Of a DNA stretch of 53,292 bases, positions 1 to 8,220 are shown piece after piece (position 1 is the first letter of the stretch; the number at the start of each line of letters is the position of its first letter). A program made the translations under genes and the position numbers. Below the pieces are notes generated by a model. It had not been told where the DNA came from, made no database searches, and saw nothing but the letters and a program-made list of their open reading frames with translations. This stretch comes from a virus: positions 1 to 53,292 of the IMG/VR virus record IMGVR_UViG_3300037297_000142; one strand, given 5' to 3'.

Positions 1-127
1 GATACTTCATAATCGCGAAATGATTTTAAATGAAGGTCAAATGAAAAATCTTTTTAATATGATTAATGCCGGTAATTCCGGGGGTGGCGGTAGTCGTATA
101 ATACAGGTGACAGCAATAATTGAAATG
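1..127. repeat. Terminal direct repeat, copy 1 (identical to 53166..53292); circular-assembly overlap
   Basis: nt 1-127 (gatacttcataatcgcgaaatg...cagcaataattgaaatg) are identical to the last 127 nt, giving a unit length of 53165 bp. Confidence 0.95.
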
Positions 128-211
128 GACGGTAGAGTAATAGGAAAAGGTGTTGAAAAATTACAGAATGATGGAATAATAAAATTTAAGGTAAACAGGT
201 TAATACCATGA
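1..211 (+). CDS. Tape measure protein, C-terminal end (continuation of 50032..53292 across the circular junction)
   Basis: Same frame as 50032.. once nt 1 is equated with 53166. Track ORF 20..211 is its tail. Stop TGA at 209-211. Confidence 0.85.
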   Translation, partial: ILHNREMILNEGQMKNLFNMINAGNSGGGGSRIIQVTAIIEMDGRVIGKGVEKLQNDGIIKFKVNRLIP

Positions 212-930
212 GAGTATCATATAATAATTTACTGAAAGATGCAACATTATCAGCGACAAATGAAAATCTCAACAGACAGGTTACGAATATAATTCATAAT
301 TTTCTTGAATTAGCTTTTTACGCGACCGGTAATAATTCAATAATTACGGCTGAACTCAATACAACTCATGATATTGATCATGTTGCTTTTGACTATCATA
401 ATATTGATACTATGACAATTAGATTTTATAACGTTTTTGATGTTCTCATAACAACAGAAACTATAACGGTAATTGATGATTGTAATTTTCATTATTTTGA
501 CACTGTTGAAAGCGTATTTTCAGTTCAAATTGAAATGACTACCTTGGATAGTTATCTTTATGTTGGCGGGATTTCCATAGGTGAATATTTTCAATTACCG
601 AATTTCCAACAGACGATAACAGAAGGGCTTAACCTTAATGACTCTTATTTTACTTCACCGGGCGGACAGAGGTCCGGGAATAAACGGTTTTGCCCCTTGC
701 CTAAAAGCGTAAATTTTGCTAATATTTCTAATGATGAAAAAAATAATATTGTTACTTATATGAGATATATGCAGAATTCAACACCGCATTTTATTGATTT
801 TTACCCGGATGCACAGGAATACTTTCCTCCGGTGTATGGATGTATTGAAATGAGTAATACGTCTATTCCCAAACGAAGAATTTCAACCTGGGAATGGGAT
901 ATTAATATTAATTATATGGAGTGTAGATAA
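208..930 (+). CDS. Tail protein, distal-tail (Dit)-like by position only
   Basis: 240 aa. ATGA start/stop overlap with the TMP; first gene after the TMP. No motif recognised. Confidence 0.4.
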   Translation: MRVSYNNLLKDATLSATNENLNRQVTNIIHNFLELAFYATGNNSIITAELNTTHDIDHVAFDYHNIDTMTIRFYNVFDVLITTETITVIDDCNFHYFDTVESVFSVQIEMTTLDSYLYVGGISIGEYFQLPNFQQTITEGLNLNDSYFTSPGGQRSGNKRFCPLPKSVNFANISNDEKNNIVTYMRYMQNSTPHFIDFYPDAQEYFPPVYGCIEMSNTSIPKRRISTWEWDININYMECR

Positions 931-1709
931 TGGCTATTGATCTGGTGAAGGCTCCCACAGGCGGCGCGCCTTTGGGTGATGCTGATTATGATGCGCAGAA
1001 TAATTACATTCAGGCTGCGATATATGCATTAATGTCAAAACAATTACACCTTACGCGATGGGATAACCTTCTTGAACCGAAAATTAAACAAGGTGTATAT
1101 ATTCCTCACGGCGGCGCGTTGTTTGTCGTTAATTCTGCAAATGAAGAGATAACAGATCCGGGCGGGCTTGCAAACGGCCGGTGGTATATCAAAGTTGAAA
1201 GAACTGGCGATATACTTGAAGCTGAATTTACCGATTCGGCGGCCGGTTATTCATGGGATTATACGTACTGTGGGTTTTATCATGCAGATGGAAGTCAATT
1301 ACTTCCGTATATTTTATATTACACGGCAGCGGGCGATTATTATAAATTTGATTTAAGAAAAATAGATGATATTTTTGATATAACGTCGGATTTATGGATA
1401 GAAGAAATATATGATATTGGCGATTGGAATATGACGGCGGTTGGATTAAAAACAGTCGCTCATACTATGCTTGAATGGAAAAATTTACGTGAAATAGATG
1501 TCATAATTCGAAATGACGCAGATACTTCACATAGTTCATTATGGAAATTTAGAAATACGGCTGATCCTCAAATGTTATCTGGCGGTGCTTATACTATTAG
1601 CAGTAATCAGTTTGAACTTGACAAGAGAACAGGCGGATTATTTGATACTATTGAATATAACGATACTTCATATAATAGGGGGTGGATTTATGTTAAATAT
1701 TTTATTTAA
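930..1709 (+). CDS. Tail-tip block protein, function unknown
   Basis: 259 aa; TAATG overlap with the upstream gene; lies inside the tail-tip gene block. Confidence 0.5.
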   Translation: MAIDLVKAPTGGAPLGDADYDAQNNYIQAAIYALMSKQLHLTRWDNLLEPKIKQGVYIPHGGALFVVNSANEEITDPGGLANGRWYIKVERTGDILEAEFTDSAAGYSWDYTYCGFYHADGSQLLPYILYYTAAGDYYKFDLRKIDDIFDITSDLWIEEIYDIGDWNMTAVGLKTVAHTMLEWKNLREIDVIIRNDADTSHSSLWKFRNTADPQMLSGGAYTISSNQFELDKRTGGLFDTIEYNDTSYNRGWIYVKYFI

Positions 1710-2148
1710 AATTATTCTAATTCTTTTTGTAATTTTTTTGTTCTCTTGTAATATTAATTATGAATATCCAGAATATAATATCAGATTTCCAGATTTTTTA
1801 AGAGATGAATTCAACGGTAATACAAAACATGATATCTTAATAATTTACGAATGGACTTCTTCAATTATAAGATTACCATATATTGACAGCCCTGATTGGC
1901 AGGAACCAATTATAACTTTTAATAAACGATGGGGGGATACTATTGATATATTTATTTTTACAATGTGGGTTATTTATCAGGAATTAAATATAAAACCAGA
2001 ATTAGTATTTTTTCATGATTTTGAAACATATGCACCTGCTATTTGTTATAAAGATATATTTATCTATTGCAATAAAAAAGATTTTTATGTTTTCTATAAT
2101 TCTTTTTCATTTGATGATACTATGTATTTAGCTAAGTATAAATGGTAA
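1690..2148 (+). CDS. Putative lipoprotein
   Basis: Internal ATG 1690 gives MLNILFKIILILFVIFLFSC, a signal peptide plus a lipobox-like LFSC. The N-terminal part of track ORF 1513.. overlaps the previous gene and is probably not translated. Confidence 0.5.
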   Translation: MLNILFKIILILFVIFLFSCNINYEYPEYNIRFPDFLRDEFNGNTKHDILIIYEWTSSIIRLPYIDSPDWQEPIITFNKRWGDTIDIFIFTMWVIYQELNIKPELVFFHDFETYAPAICYKDIFIYCNKKDFYVFYNSFSFDDTMYLAKYKW

Positions 2149-2151
2149 ATT

Positions 2152-4071
2152 ATGGCAGACTTTTTTTTAATCGTTGAACTTCTAAAATATTATGAACTTG
2201 AAAACAGTAAACTTATGATACATAATTCTTATACTTACAAAACAAAAGTAACGACTAACACGGTAATAGATTCTTATTTTTACAATACCTTTTCAGCTAC
2301 GGAAGACAACACAAATAAACAGACATTAAATATCAAGGGAATATATGTTGATATTGAAACTTCTTACTCCCTTCAAACTTCCGTTGATGACTGTGAAGAT
2401 AATGAAAAATCTTTTTATTTTGATATCACTGAACAGATGTTATATATACACTTTGATCATACCATTAATCCTTATACTGTTATAGTAGAATATGGGAAGG
2501 TTTTCGGTTATACAAATGATAAAATACGCAATTTCAACGGTATTGATTATATACCTATGGTTAAAGAAATACCGAATTTTTCTCTTCGTGTTGATCCACT
2601 ACGTTACACAAGGCAATCACATTTAAGCGGTAATGTAATCATGAATAACACACCGGTAGACGGTTCATCAGATGGTACGTTTGACAGCAATGATGAATTT
2701 ACGGGAAATGATATTTTTATGCTTTACGGATTAGACGGTTATACTTATAGTGAACTTATTTTGATCACAAATAATTATATTGAAAATACAATAGTTTCAC
2801 TAAATGAAGTTGTGGTTATAACAAAAGACAAAAGAGAGAAAGAAACACCGACAGCGCCGACAGATACATTTTCCTTGACTGATTTTCCTGATATGGATAA
2901 TGACCTTGATGGAATTATAAAGCCCGATGGATACGGCAGGTTACGCGGTGTTCCCGGTATATGTGTTAATTCAGAACAGGCAGGGAATAAAACTTTTTAT
3001 TTCGCGTCAGTAATCCAGGCCGCTCCCGCGCCGGTTTTCAGATGTAAACAAGATGAAAAATGGACTATAATTGTACCGTCAGCGACAGATTATGCGAATG
3101 GTATGGCTACATTCGCAACAGCAGACGTACATGTTGACGGTGATAATACAAAAGGACTTGAAGATGTTTTTTGTACTGGATATTTTCGGCCATATTATAA
3201 TCCAGGGGATATCATTGCAGATTTAAATTTACGGTTCAATTCCATCGCGTATAATTCATCAAATTACAATACGACCGAATGGGAAGATGAAAAACAATAC
3301 CTTGAAGATGTCGGTTTGTATATGCCAGATGAAAAGGAATTATTTGAATATATAGAACAACTGCAAAATGGTAGTACTGTCGGTTTTCAATATTTTTTTC
3401 ATAATGGCAAACGAACGTTAAGACTCGATAACCCAAACAGGAATATTGAGAAGACAATATATGCACAGGAAATTTTAAACGAACTGGAATTTAATAATAA
3501 TGAAGATTTTTTCTCAACTCACGCAGTAATATGTTATAGAGAAAATTATACTACAGATAAAAAATTTAGGTATAAAAATACTGATTATTATCTTGAAGTT
3601 TTAAGGCAGCATAGAAAATCGAATCAATATAAATGTGATTGTCTTATGTGGGATGAATCTGAAGCTCAAAATAAATCTGTCATTATAATGGAAGATCAAA
3701 AAAAAGAAAGACCGACAGGGACTATAATTTTACATGGTATTGATAATTATATTTTAAAACTTTTTGACATAATTTATGCTGAAATTTCGCAGCCTGGACA
3801 AAAATTTAGTACAGAAAAACTTGACCTTTATAGATTCGGCGACACGGGCGATATTTACAGATTCGGTGATTTAACCAGCGTTGATGTTTACAGATTTACC
3901 GACTATACAAGAAAAGATATAATTGTAAACTACCGGGAATTTTTAGGCTGGGAAAGATTTCAGATTATAGGGATAACTCCCGATTTCAAAAACGGAAATA
4001 CTGAACTTGAAATCAGACAACGTGATTATTCAGATGAATATGAATCAATAACCGGATATATTCCAACATAG
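2152..4071 (+). CDS. Large tail-tip / tail-associated protein
   Basis: 639 aa, the largest ORF after the TMP; triple D-x-YRF(G/T)D repeat near the C-terminus. Confidence 0.5.
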   Translation: MADFFLIVELLKYYELENSKLMIHNSYTYKTKVTTNTVIDSYFYNTFSATEDNTNKQTLNIKGIYVDIETSYSLQTSVDDCEDNEKSFYFDITEQMLYIHFDHTINPYTVIVEYGKVFGYTNDKIRNFNGIDYIPMVKEIPNFSLRVDPLRYTRQSHLSGNVIMNNTPVDGSSDGTFDSNDEFTGNDIFMLYGLDGYTYSELILITNNYIENTIVSLNEVVVITKDKREKETPTAPTDTFSLTDFPDMDNDLDGIIKPDGYGRLRGVPGICVNSEQAGNKTFYFASVIQAAPAPVFRCKQDEKWTIIVPSATDYANGMATFATADVHVDGDNTKGLEDVFCTGYFRPYYNPGDIIADLNLRFNSIAYNSSNYNTTEWEDEKQYLEDVGLYMPDEKELFEYIEQLQNGSTVGFQYFFHNGKRTLRLDNPNRNIEKTIYAQEILNELEFNNNEDFFSTHAVICYRENYTTDKKFRYKNTDYYLEVLRQHRKSNQYKCDCLMWDESEAQNKSVIIMEDQKKERPTGTIILHGIDNYILKLFDIIYAEISQPGQKFSTEKLDLYRFGDTGDIYRFGDLTSVDVYRFTDYTRKDIIVNYREFLGWERFQIIGITPDFKNGNTELEIRQRDYSDEYESITGYIPT

Positions 4072-4084
4072 GAGAATTTTAAAA

Positions 4085-5092
4085 ATGAGTGATATTATTA
4101 ATGCAAGAAAACAAAATGTAATACAGGATTTTTCTACATATAACTTTGCGGCTAATATTCCGTTAGTCGGTGAACAAAGATTTTTCAATAATGTAAAAAG
4201 CGATGTTCAGAATATTCTTTCAGTTATGGGTACAGGTGCAGCGCAGGCAGATACAAGGCCATTTCTTGAACCTGTAATAATTCACGCAACCGGAAATGTT
4301 GATTTAACAGATATAGAAATTTCAGGAAACAGAGTCATTATTTATAATACAACAGGTGCTACAATAGAAATTGATATTGATTTATCTGATAATATACAAC
4401 TACCAACAGGTTGCGTTATACAAATGTATTACAACGGTTCCGCTTGGCGGGTAGTTGATACATTTATATTTCATATCACTGGAAATTTTAATCTTGAATT
4501 TTTACGGCTAACTGGTACAAAAGTTTTGATATGGAATGCAACAGCCGGAACTTTAACAGTAAATCTTAATACCGCAGCCGCGCCCTATAATATAGATTTA
4601 CTTTCATACAATTTATTATATTTATATTTTGACGGTAACGACTGGCGGAATATAGGCGGTCATGTTTTTGACAGTAATTATTTAGGGAAAGCTTATATGT
4701 TGCCGGAAAGCGACAGACCGGCAGCTTGGGTATTGGGCGGAGGTAACGCGGTAGCGCCTAACTGGACAGACGTTGACTTTTCCGCATATGTACCGGAAGA
4801 TGATTATTTGACAGGATTAATATTATTGGGTATGTTGTCATTTGACGGGGATAATGCGCAGGATACACAGTACGCCTGTATAAGGCAAAACGGTTCGGCA
4901 GAGGTAGACGATTTTAAAACACGCATGATTATTAATGGTTATTCAAATTTAGCGGCCGGAACGACTTTAAAAACATCTTCTATTTTTCCTGTGTTATGCG
5001 ATACATCGGCAATAATTGAATATATAGTATCGGATGCTGTCGCTGGATTAAGCTTGACGGTGTTGGGTTATTACAAAGAAAGCAGGTTGTAA
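4085..5092 (+). CDS. Tail fibre / receptor-binding protein candidate
   Basis: 335 aa with two tandem homologous modules of about 64 aa (IIHATGN...YYNGSAWR and IFHITGN...YFDGNDWR); near the end of the structural block, upstream of the lysis cassette. Confidence 0.45.
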   Translation: MSDIINARKQNVIQDFSTYNFAANIPLVGEQRFFNNVKSDVQNILSVMGTGAAQADTRPFLEPVIIHATGNVDLTDIEISGNRVIIYNTTGATIEIDIDLSDNIQLPTGCVIQMYYNGSAWRVVDTFIFHITGNFNLEFLRLTGTKVLIWNATAGTLTVNLNTAAAPYNIDLLSYNLLYLYFDGNDWRNIGGHVFDSNYLGKAYMLPESDRPAAWVLGGGNAVAPNWTDVDFSAYVPEDDYLTGLILLGMLSFDGDNAQDTQYACIRQNGSAEVDDFKTRMIINGYSNLAAGTTLKTSSIFPVLCDTSAIIEYIVSDAVAGLSLTVLGYYKESRL

Positions 5093-5093
5093 A

Positions 5094-5462
5094 ATGGGTG
5101 ACAAAGAGGTATATGAATATTTTTTAGACGGTGAAAATTTTATTTTATCATGGCGCGCATGGAATAAAGACAAAAAAGAAAAATATAATGAATTTAAAAA
5201 TAATCCAGATCCAATTCCGCAAATGAATGATGCAGTAAGAGATGAAAACGGCCGGTTATGGTATAAAAAAACAAATAAAAATTTTAAGCTAATTAATCAT
5301 GAAATAGTGATTTTATCACACAATAAATCAGATGATGAAATTTTCAAAAATAAATATTCAATCACAGAATCATTCCGAAGAATCGCAAAGGGTTTAGTAA
5401 ATAATCTTGATCCTGAATTTGTGGAATGGCTGAACGATATAAATAAAACTGTAAGAAAGTGA
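5094..5462 (+). CDS. Hypothetical protein
   Basis: 122 aa, tightly packed between the fibre and endolysin genes. Confidence 0.5.
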   Translation: MGDKEVYEYFLDGENFILSWRAWNKDKKEKYNEFKNNPDPIPQMNDAVRDENGRLWYKKTNKNFKLINHEIVILSHNKSDDEIFKNKYSITESFRRIAKGLVNNLDPEFVEWLNDINKTVRK

Positions 5463-5469
5463 GGTTTTT

Positions 5470-5967
5470 ATGATAACTTTTAAAACTCTAAAGTATAAAG
5501 ATTTAAGTGAAAAATTCGGAGATCCGGGAACCGATGAGGGGCTTTTTAGAATTAAACAAAGCTTGGTGACTAAAAAACTACCGTTTACTTTTTACAATGA
5601 AGATCGTAAAACAGGTAAACTTATCCCGGTAAATTATGTAAGAATCCATGGATATATAGCTGACGCATACATTGATGGATTGGAAGAAATACTTGAACAT
5701 TATGGACCTGAAGAGATTGAAAGGCTAACACTAAACAGAGAACACGGGGGGGGGTTTTGCCATCGTCCGATAAGAGATGGTAAAGATTGGTCTGTTCATG
5801 CCTGGGGTGCAGCCGTTGATCAATGGTGCCACATGGGGAAAATGGGGCAAGTCCCTAAAACACCGGAATTTTGTGTATTGGTTTTCAAGAAACGCGGGTT
5901 TGTTTGGGGTGGATATTTTCCAGGCAAATATATTGATGGTATGCATTGGAGTGTGTGTTTTGGGTAA
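5470..5967 (+). CDS. Endolysin, M15-family zinc peptidase-like
   Basis: SVHAWGAAVD and DGMHWS resemble the SxHxxGxAxD ... DxxHW pattern of peptidase M15 (VanY / L-Ala-D-Glu peptidase type); followed by a holin-like gene. Confidence 0.7.
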   Translation: MITFKTLKYKDLSEKFGDPGTDEGLFRIKQSLVTKKLPFTFYNEDRKTGKLIPVNYVRIHGYIADAYIDGLEEILEHYGPEEIERLTLNREHGGGFCHRPIRDGKDWSVHAWGAAVDQWCHMGKMGQVPKTPEFCVLVFKKRGFVWGGYFPGKYIDGMHWSVCFG

Positions 5968-5986
5968 AAAAAAATATAGTATAAAA

Positions 5987-6196
5987 ATGAGAGTATTTTA
6001 CTGTTCTCTTTTTTGTATTTTAATTTGTATAGCTGGCAATCTTTTTACTCTGAAATCAGAGAATGTGTTTATTGCGGGAATTTGGGGAATTGTTACATTG
6101 GCAGGTATAGCAGTAACAGGGAAGGCAGCGGACGATTTCCAGAAAAGTGCATTTTTTAATAAGGAATTATATAATGAAGAAAAGGAAGTATCATAA
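5987..6196 (+). CDS. Holin-like small membrane protein
   Basis: 69 aa from internal ATG 5987. Two hydrophobic segments (FYCSLFCILICIAGNLF, IAGIWGIVTLAGIAV) and a charged C-terminus. Confidence 0.5.
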   Translation: MRVFYCSLFCILICIAGNLFTLKSENVFIAGIWGIVTLAGIAVTGKAADDFQKSAFFNKELYNEEKEVS

Positions 6197-6647
6197 ATGG
6201 TTAAGTATGGTTTTATTGTTTTGCTTTGTATTCTCTCCGGTATTCTCATATACACATGGATTGACGCGGGAAGAAAAAAAGCAGCGCATATACGAAATAT
6301 TGAAAAACTTGAAAATACGATTTCAGAACTCAAAAAAAATAATAATGAGCTTAGAAAATACAATAAAGAATTTAAACTTAAGCTTACAAAGGGCGATGAA
6401 AAATTTAAGCTCATCAAATCAAGCTATGATGAACTTGAAAAAAAATATAAATCAGCTATGGAAAATTTGGGCAGATCTGAAAATTTATCAAATGAACTTA
6501 GAGAGAATACAGAGATACTACGAAAGGAAAATACAGCAATTAGAGACGAATTCCAGGAGCTTGAAAAACTCTTACAAGAATTCTTGGATAATTAATCTTA
6601 TTTCATTTGGAATAGGGTTTATTATTGCTTTTTTTCTCCAAAAATAA
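6174..6647 (+). CDS. Alternative-frame ORF fully overlapping 6197..6595 (signal anchor, coiled coil, C-terminal TM)
   Basis: ATG 6174 after an AAGGAA RBS. Begins MKKRKYHKWLSMVLLFCFVFSPVFS and ends WIINLISFGIGFIIAFFLQK just before the terminator. Could be a composition artefact. Confidence 0.25.
   Translation: MKKRKYHKWLSMVLLFCFVFSPVFSYTHGLTREEKKQRIYEILKNLKIRFQNSKKIIMSLENTIKNLNLSLQRAMKNLSSSNQAMMNLKKNINQLWKIWADLKIYQMNLERIQRYYERKIQQLETNSRSLKNSYKNSWIINLISFGIGFIIAFFLQK
6197..6595 (+). CDS. N-terminally membrane-anchored coiled-coil protein (lysis accessory / spanin-like)
   Basis: 132 aa with a TM segment (YGFIVLLCILSGILIYTW) followed by a K/E/L heptad-rich region; AAAGGAAG RBS. Confidence 0.4.
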   Translation: MVKYGFIVLLCILSGILIYTWIDAGRKKAAHIRNIEKLENTISELKKNNNELRKYNKEFKLKLTKGDEKFKLIKSSYDELEKKYKSAMENLGRSENLSNELRENTEILRKENTAIRDEFQELEKLLQEFLDN

Positions 6648-6680
6648 AAAAAGCCGGTTTCCCGGCTTTAAAAAGGTTTT
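6645..6680. terminator. Bidirectional rho-independent terminator between the convergent late and early arms
   Basis: AGCCGG-TTTC-CCGGCT hairpin (6652-6667) with an A-run upstream and a T-rich tract downstream. Confidence 0.7.
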
Positions 6681-6846
6681 AAAAAATAGTCGACATTTGA
6701 AAAATAAAAAATGCAAGAAATGAAACTATTGCACATACGGCAATTATATTCAATACTTTTTCCTCTACTTCAATATTATTTTCCATTTTTGTTAATCCAT
6801 CATATATTTTTTTTATTTCTGGACAGTTCAAAAGATTTATTTTCAT
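6679..6846 (-). CDS. Small C-terminally membrane-anchored protein (55 aa)
   Basis: AGGAGG RBS upstream of ATG 6846. MKINLLNCPEIKK...IIAVCAIVSFLAFFIF. Shorter than the track cut-off. Confidence 0.4.
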   Translation of the reverse strand: MKINLLNCPEIKKIYDGLTKMENNIEVEEKVLNIIAVCAIVSFLAFFIFQMSTIF

Positions 6847-6906
6847 TTTGAAACCTCCTTATTTTATGCGGATACCCCGAAGATACCCGCATAAAATTGG
6901 GAGATC

Positions 6907-7101
6907 TTAGTCAATACTTTTCCATGTAACATTACCTTTTATTGATCCGTAATCAATCCTTTTTAATCCTTGTTTTGTTTCCATGATGCTATCCCCAAAC
7001 TCCCCGACCACTTCACTCCAATCCTGTAATACTTGGGCAGCATCCGCACACGAAACCCCATCTTCATTATCGTATGTGATTGTTATAATTAATTTTCTCA
7101 T
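6907..7101 (-). CDS. Hypothetical protein
   Basis: 64 aa track ORF in the early arm, acidic. Confidence 0.5.
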   Translation of the reverse strand: MRKLIITITYDNEDGVSCADAAQVLQDWSEVVGEFGDSIMETKQGLKRIDYGSIKGNVTWKSID

Positions 7102-7113
7102 TTCTATTCCTTT

Positions 7114-7911
7114 CTATAGTGGAATACCAACTATTTTCATATATGTGAATGCATATTTACCGTTGTCGTATTTTATATGTCTTCCCCACATTTCAACCTT
7201 TACAATAATTTTTGTTGCGTCATAATTCGCGGAATCTTCTGGAAAAACAGCGTTTGCCGCTTCTTCTTTTGTTTTATACGCATAATAACCGCCCTGGTGA
7301 TTTGACTGTACTTTCTCTCTGTAAGTTTTCCCTTCTTCATATTTTTCTCCAGAGTAGATACTATAGTATTCATTATTAATGAGAGCGACTTTCTTGTACA
7401 TTATTTGCTTTTTAACTTTCCTTTTCGGGGTTTCTTTATTCATCGCTTTTTTGACTTCCCTGTAATTAAGCCCGTATTTTGAACAAACATGTTTCAATGT
7501 ACGGCAGTGTATCATGTATGAATATGGCCATGCCCGCGAAGGTGAACGCACCACGGCGCAACATTCGCATTTCTCCTTTTCAGACGGATACCAACGACCC
7601 GCATCGTCAAAGGTTCCATCCGGGTTAATTTCCCTTGATTGTAGTTTCTGATACTCTTCAATTGCTTTATTGATTGTTTGTTCTCTGTTAATTGAGCTGT
7701 CCAATTCCTCTATTTCTATACCAAGTTTTTTAATGTCATCTTTTGTTAAAATGATGCCATCTGGGTGATCTGCATAGGCTGACACATTTGAGTCAACCGG
7801 CCAAACAAGCGGAAATTCGAAAGGAAGTCTCGTAACGGGTTCCCCAGTATTAATGTACAGTATATCATAATCATTATCATCTCTTTTTCTCGCAAAAAAA
7901 TTGTTTTTCAT
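7114..7911 (-). CDS. Hypothetical protein (265 aa)
   Basis: Start moved to internal ATG 7911 (MKNNFFARK), which follows a GAGGGGAAA RBS. The track's N-terminal extension translates the GC-rich leader. Confidence 0.6.
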   Translation of the reverse strand: MKNNFFARKRDDNDYDILYINTGEPVTRLPFEFPLVWPVDSNVSAYADHPDGIILTKDDIKKLGIEIEELDSSINREQTINKAIEEYQKLQSREINPDGTFDDAGRWYPSEKEKCECCAVVRSPSRAWPYSYMIHCRTLKHVCSKYGLNYREVKKAMNKETPKRKVKKQIMYKKVALINNEYYSIYSGEKYEEGKTYREKVQSNHQGGYYAYKTKEEAANAVFPEDSANYDATKIIVKVEMWGRHIKYDNGKYAFTYMKIVGIPL

Positions 7912-8007
7912 CGTTTCCCCTCTTCTCCGGTCGCATCCCCGACCGGTGGGTAGTCTCATCAGTACCGGCATTACCGGCAGACCGGGGTCAACCCGGTTTC
8001 GACTTTG
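7912..8007 (-). promoter_or_regulatory. GC-rich structured leader L1
   Basis: Three consecutive hairpins on the minus-strand RNA: ACCGGG/CCCGGU, UGCCGG/CCGGUA and CCGGUCG/CGACCGG. Ends in the SD GAGGGGAAA. Confidence 0.55.
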
Positions 8008-8160
8008 TTAATCGTTTAATGACCAATAATTTATTTTTACAATCATTTTTTTACCTTTAATATTTTTACAAACAAATCCATTTTTTTTCATGGTATATAT
8101 ATCCGCTTCGAATATATCAATTACATTCATTTCTTTATCACATTCCATTCTTTCTTCCAT
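8008..8160 (-). CDS. Small hypothetical protein (50 aa)
   Basis: ATG 8160 after GGAGAAAGAGGAGAG. MEERMECDKEMNVIDIFEADIYTMKKNGFVCKNIKGKKMIVKINYWSLND. Shorter than the track cut-off. Confidence 0.45.
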   Translation of the reverse strand: MEERMECDKEMNVIDIFEADIYTMKKNGFVCKNIKGKKMIVKINYWSLND

Positions 8161-8220
8161 ACTCTCCTCTTTCTCCCCTTAACCCTGGGGGGTTGAGTAG
8201 GTGGGGTGCTAAAATAGCAA
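8161..8220 (-). promoter_or_regulatory. GC-rich leader L2 carrying the conserved block CCCCCAGGGUUAAGGGG
   Basis: The 17-nt block at 8175-8191 is identical to 9383-9399 and sits 13-14 nt upstream of the start codon in both cases. Confidence 0.5.

Noticed and set aside
5998-6417. Antisense or alternative-frame track ORFs inside strong genes. Examples are 5998..6417(-), 11347..11529, 12037..12222, 16231..16533, 17806..18090, 24563..24760, 35588..35860, 41936..42343, 44004..44399, 45342..45689, 50706..51002, 51030..51461 and 52653..52871
   Set aside because: Each is fully embedded in a longer ORF that has recognisable motifs or operon context. They show low-complexity or strand-composition artefacts and no RBS.
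7955-7962. CUGAUGAG (the hammerhead ribozyme core box) in leader L1, with a GAAAC about 40 nt downstream
   Set aside because: The residues flanking the would-be stem II (G after CUGAUGA, G before GAAA) cannot form the required closing pair. The GAAAC is part of the SD, and no stem I/III with an NUH cleavage site could be drawn. Most likely a chance match.
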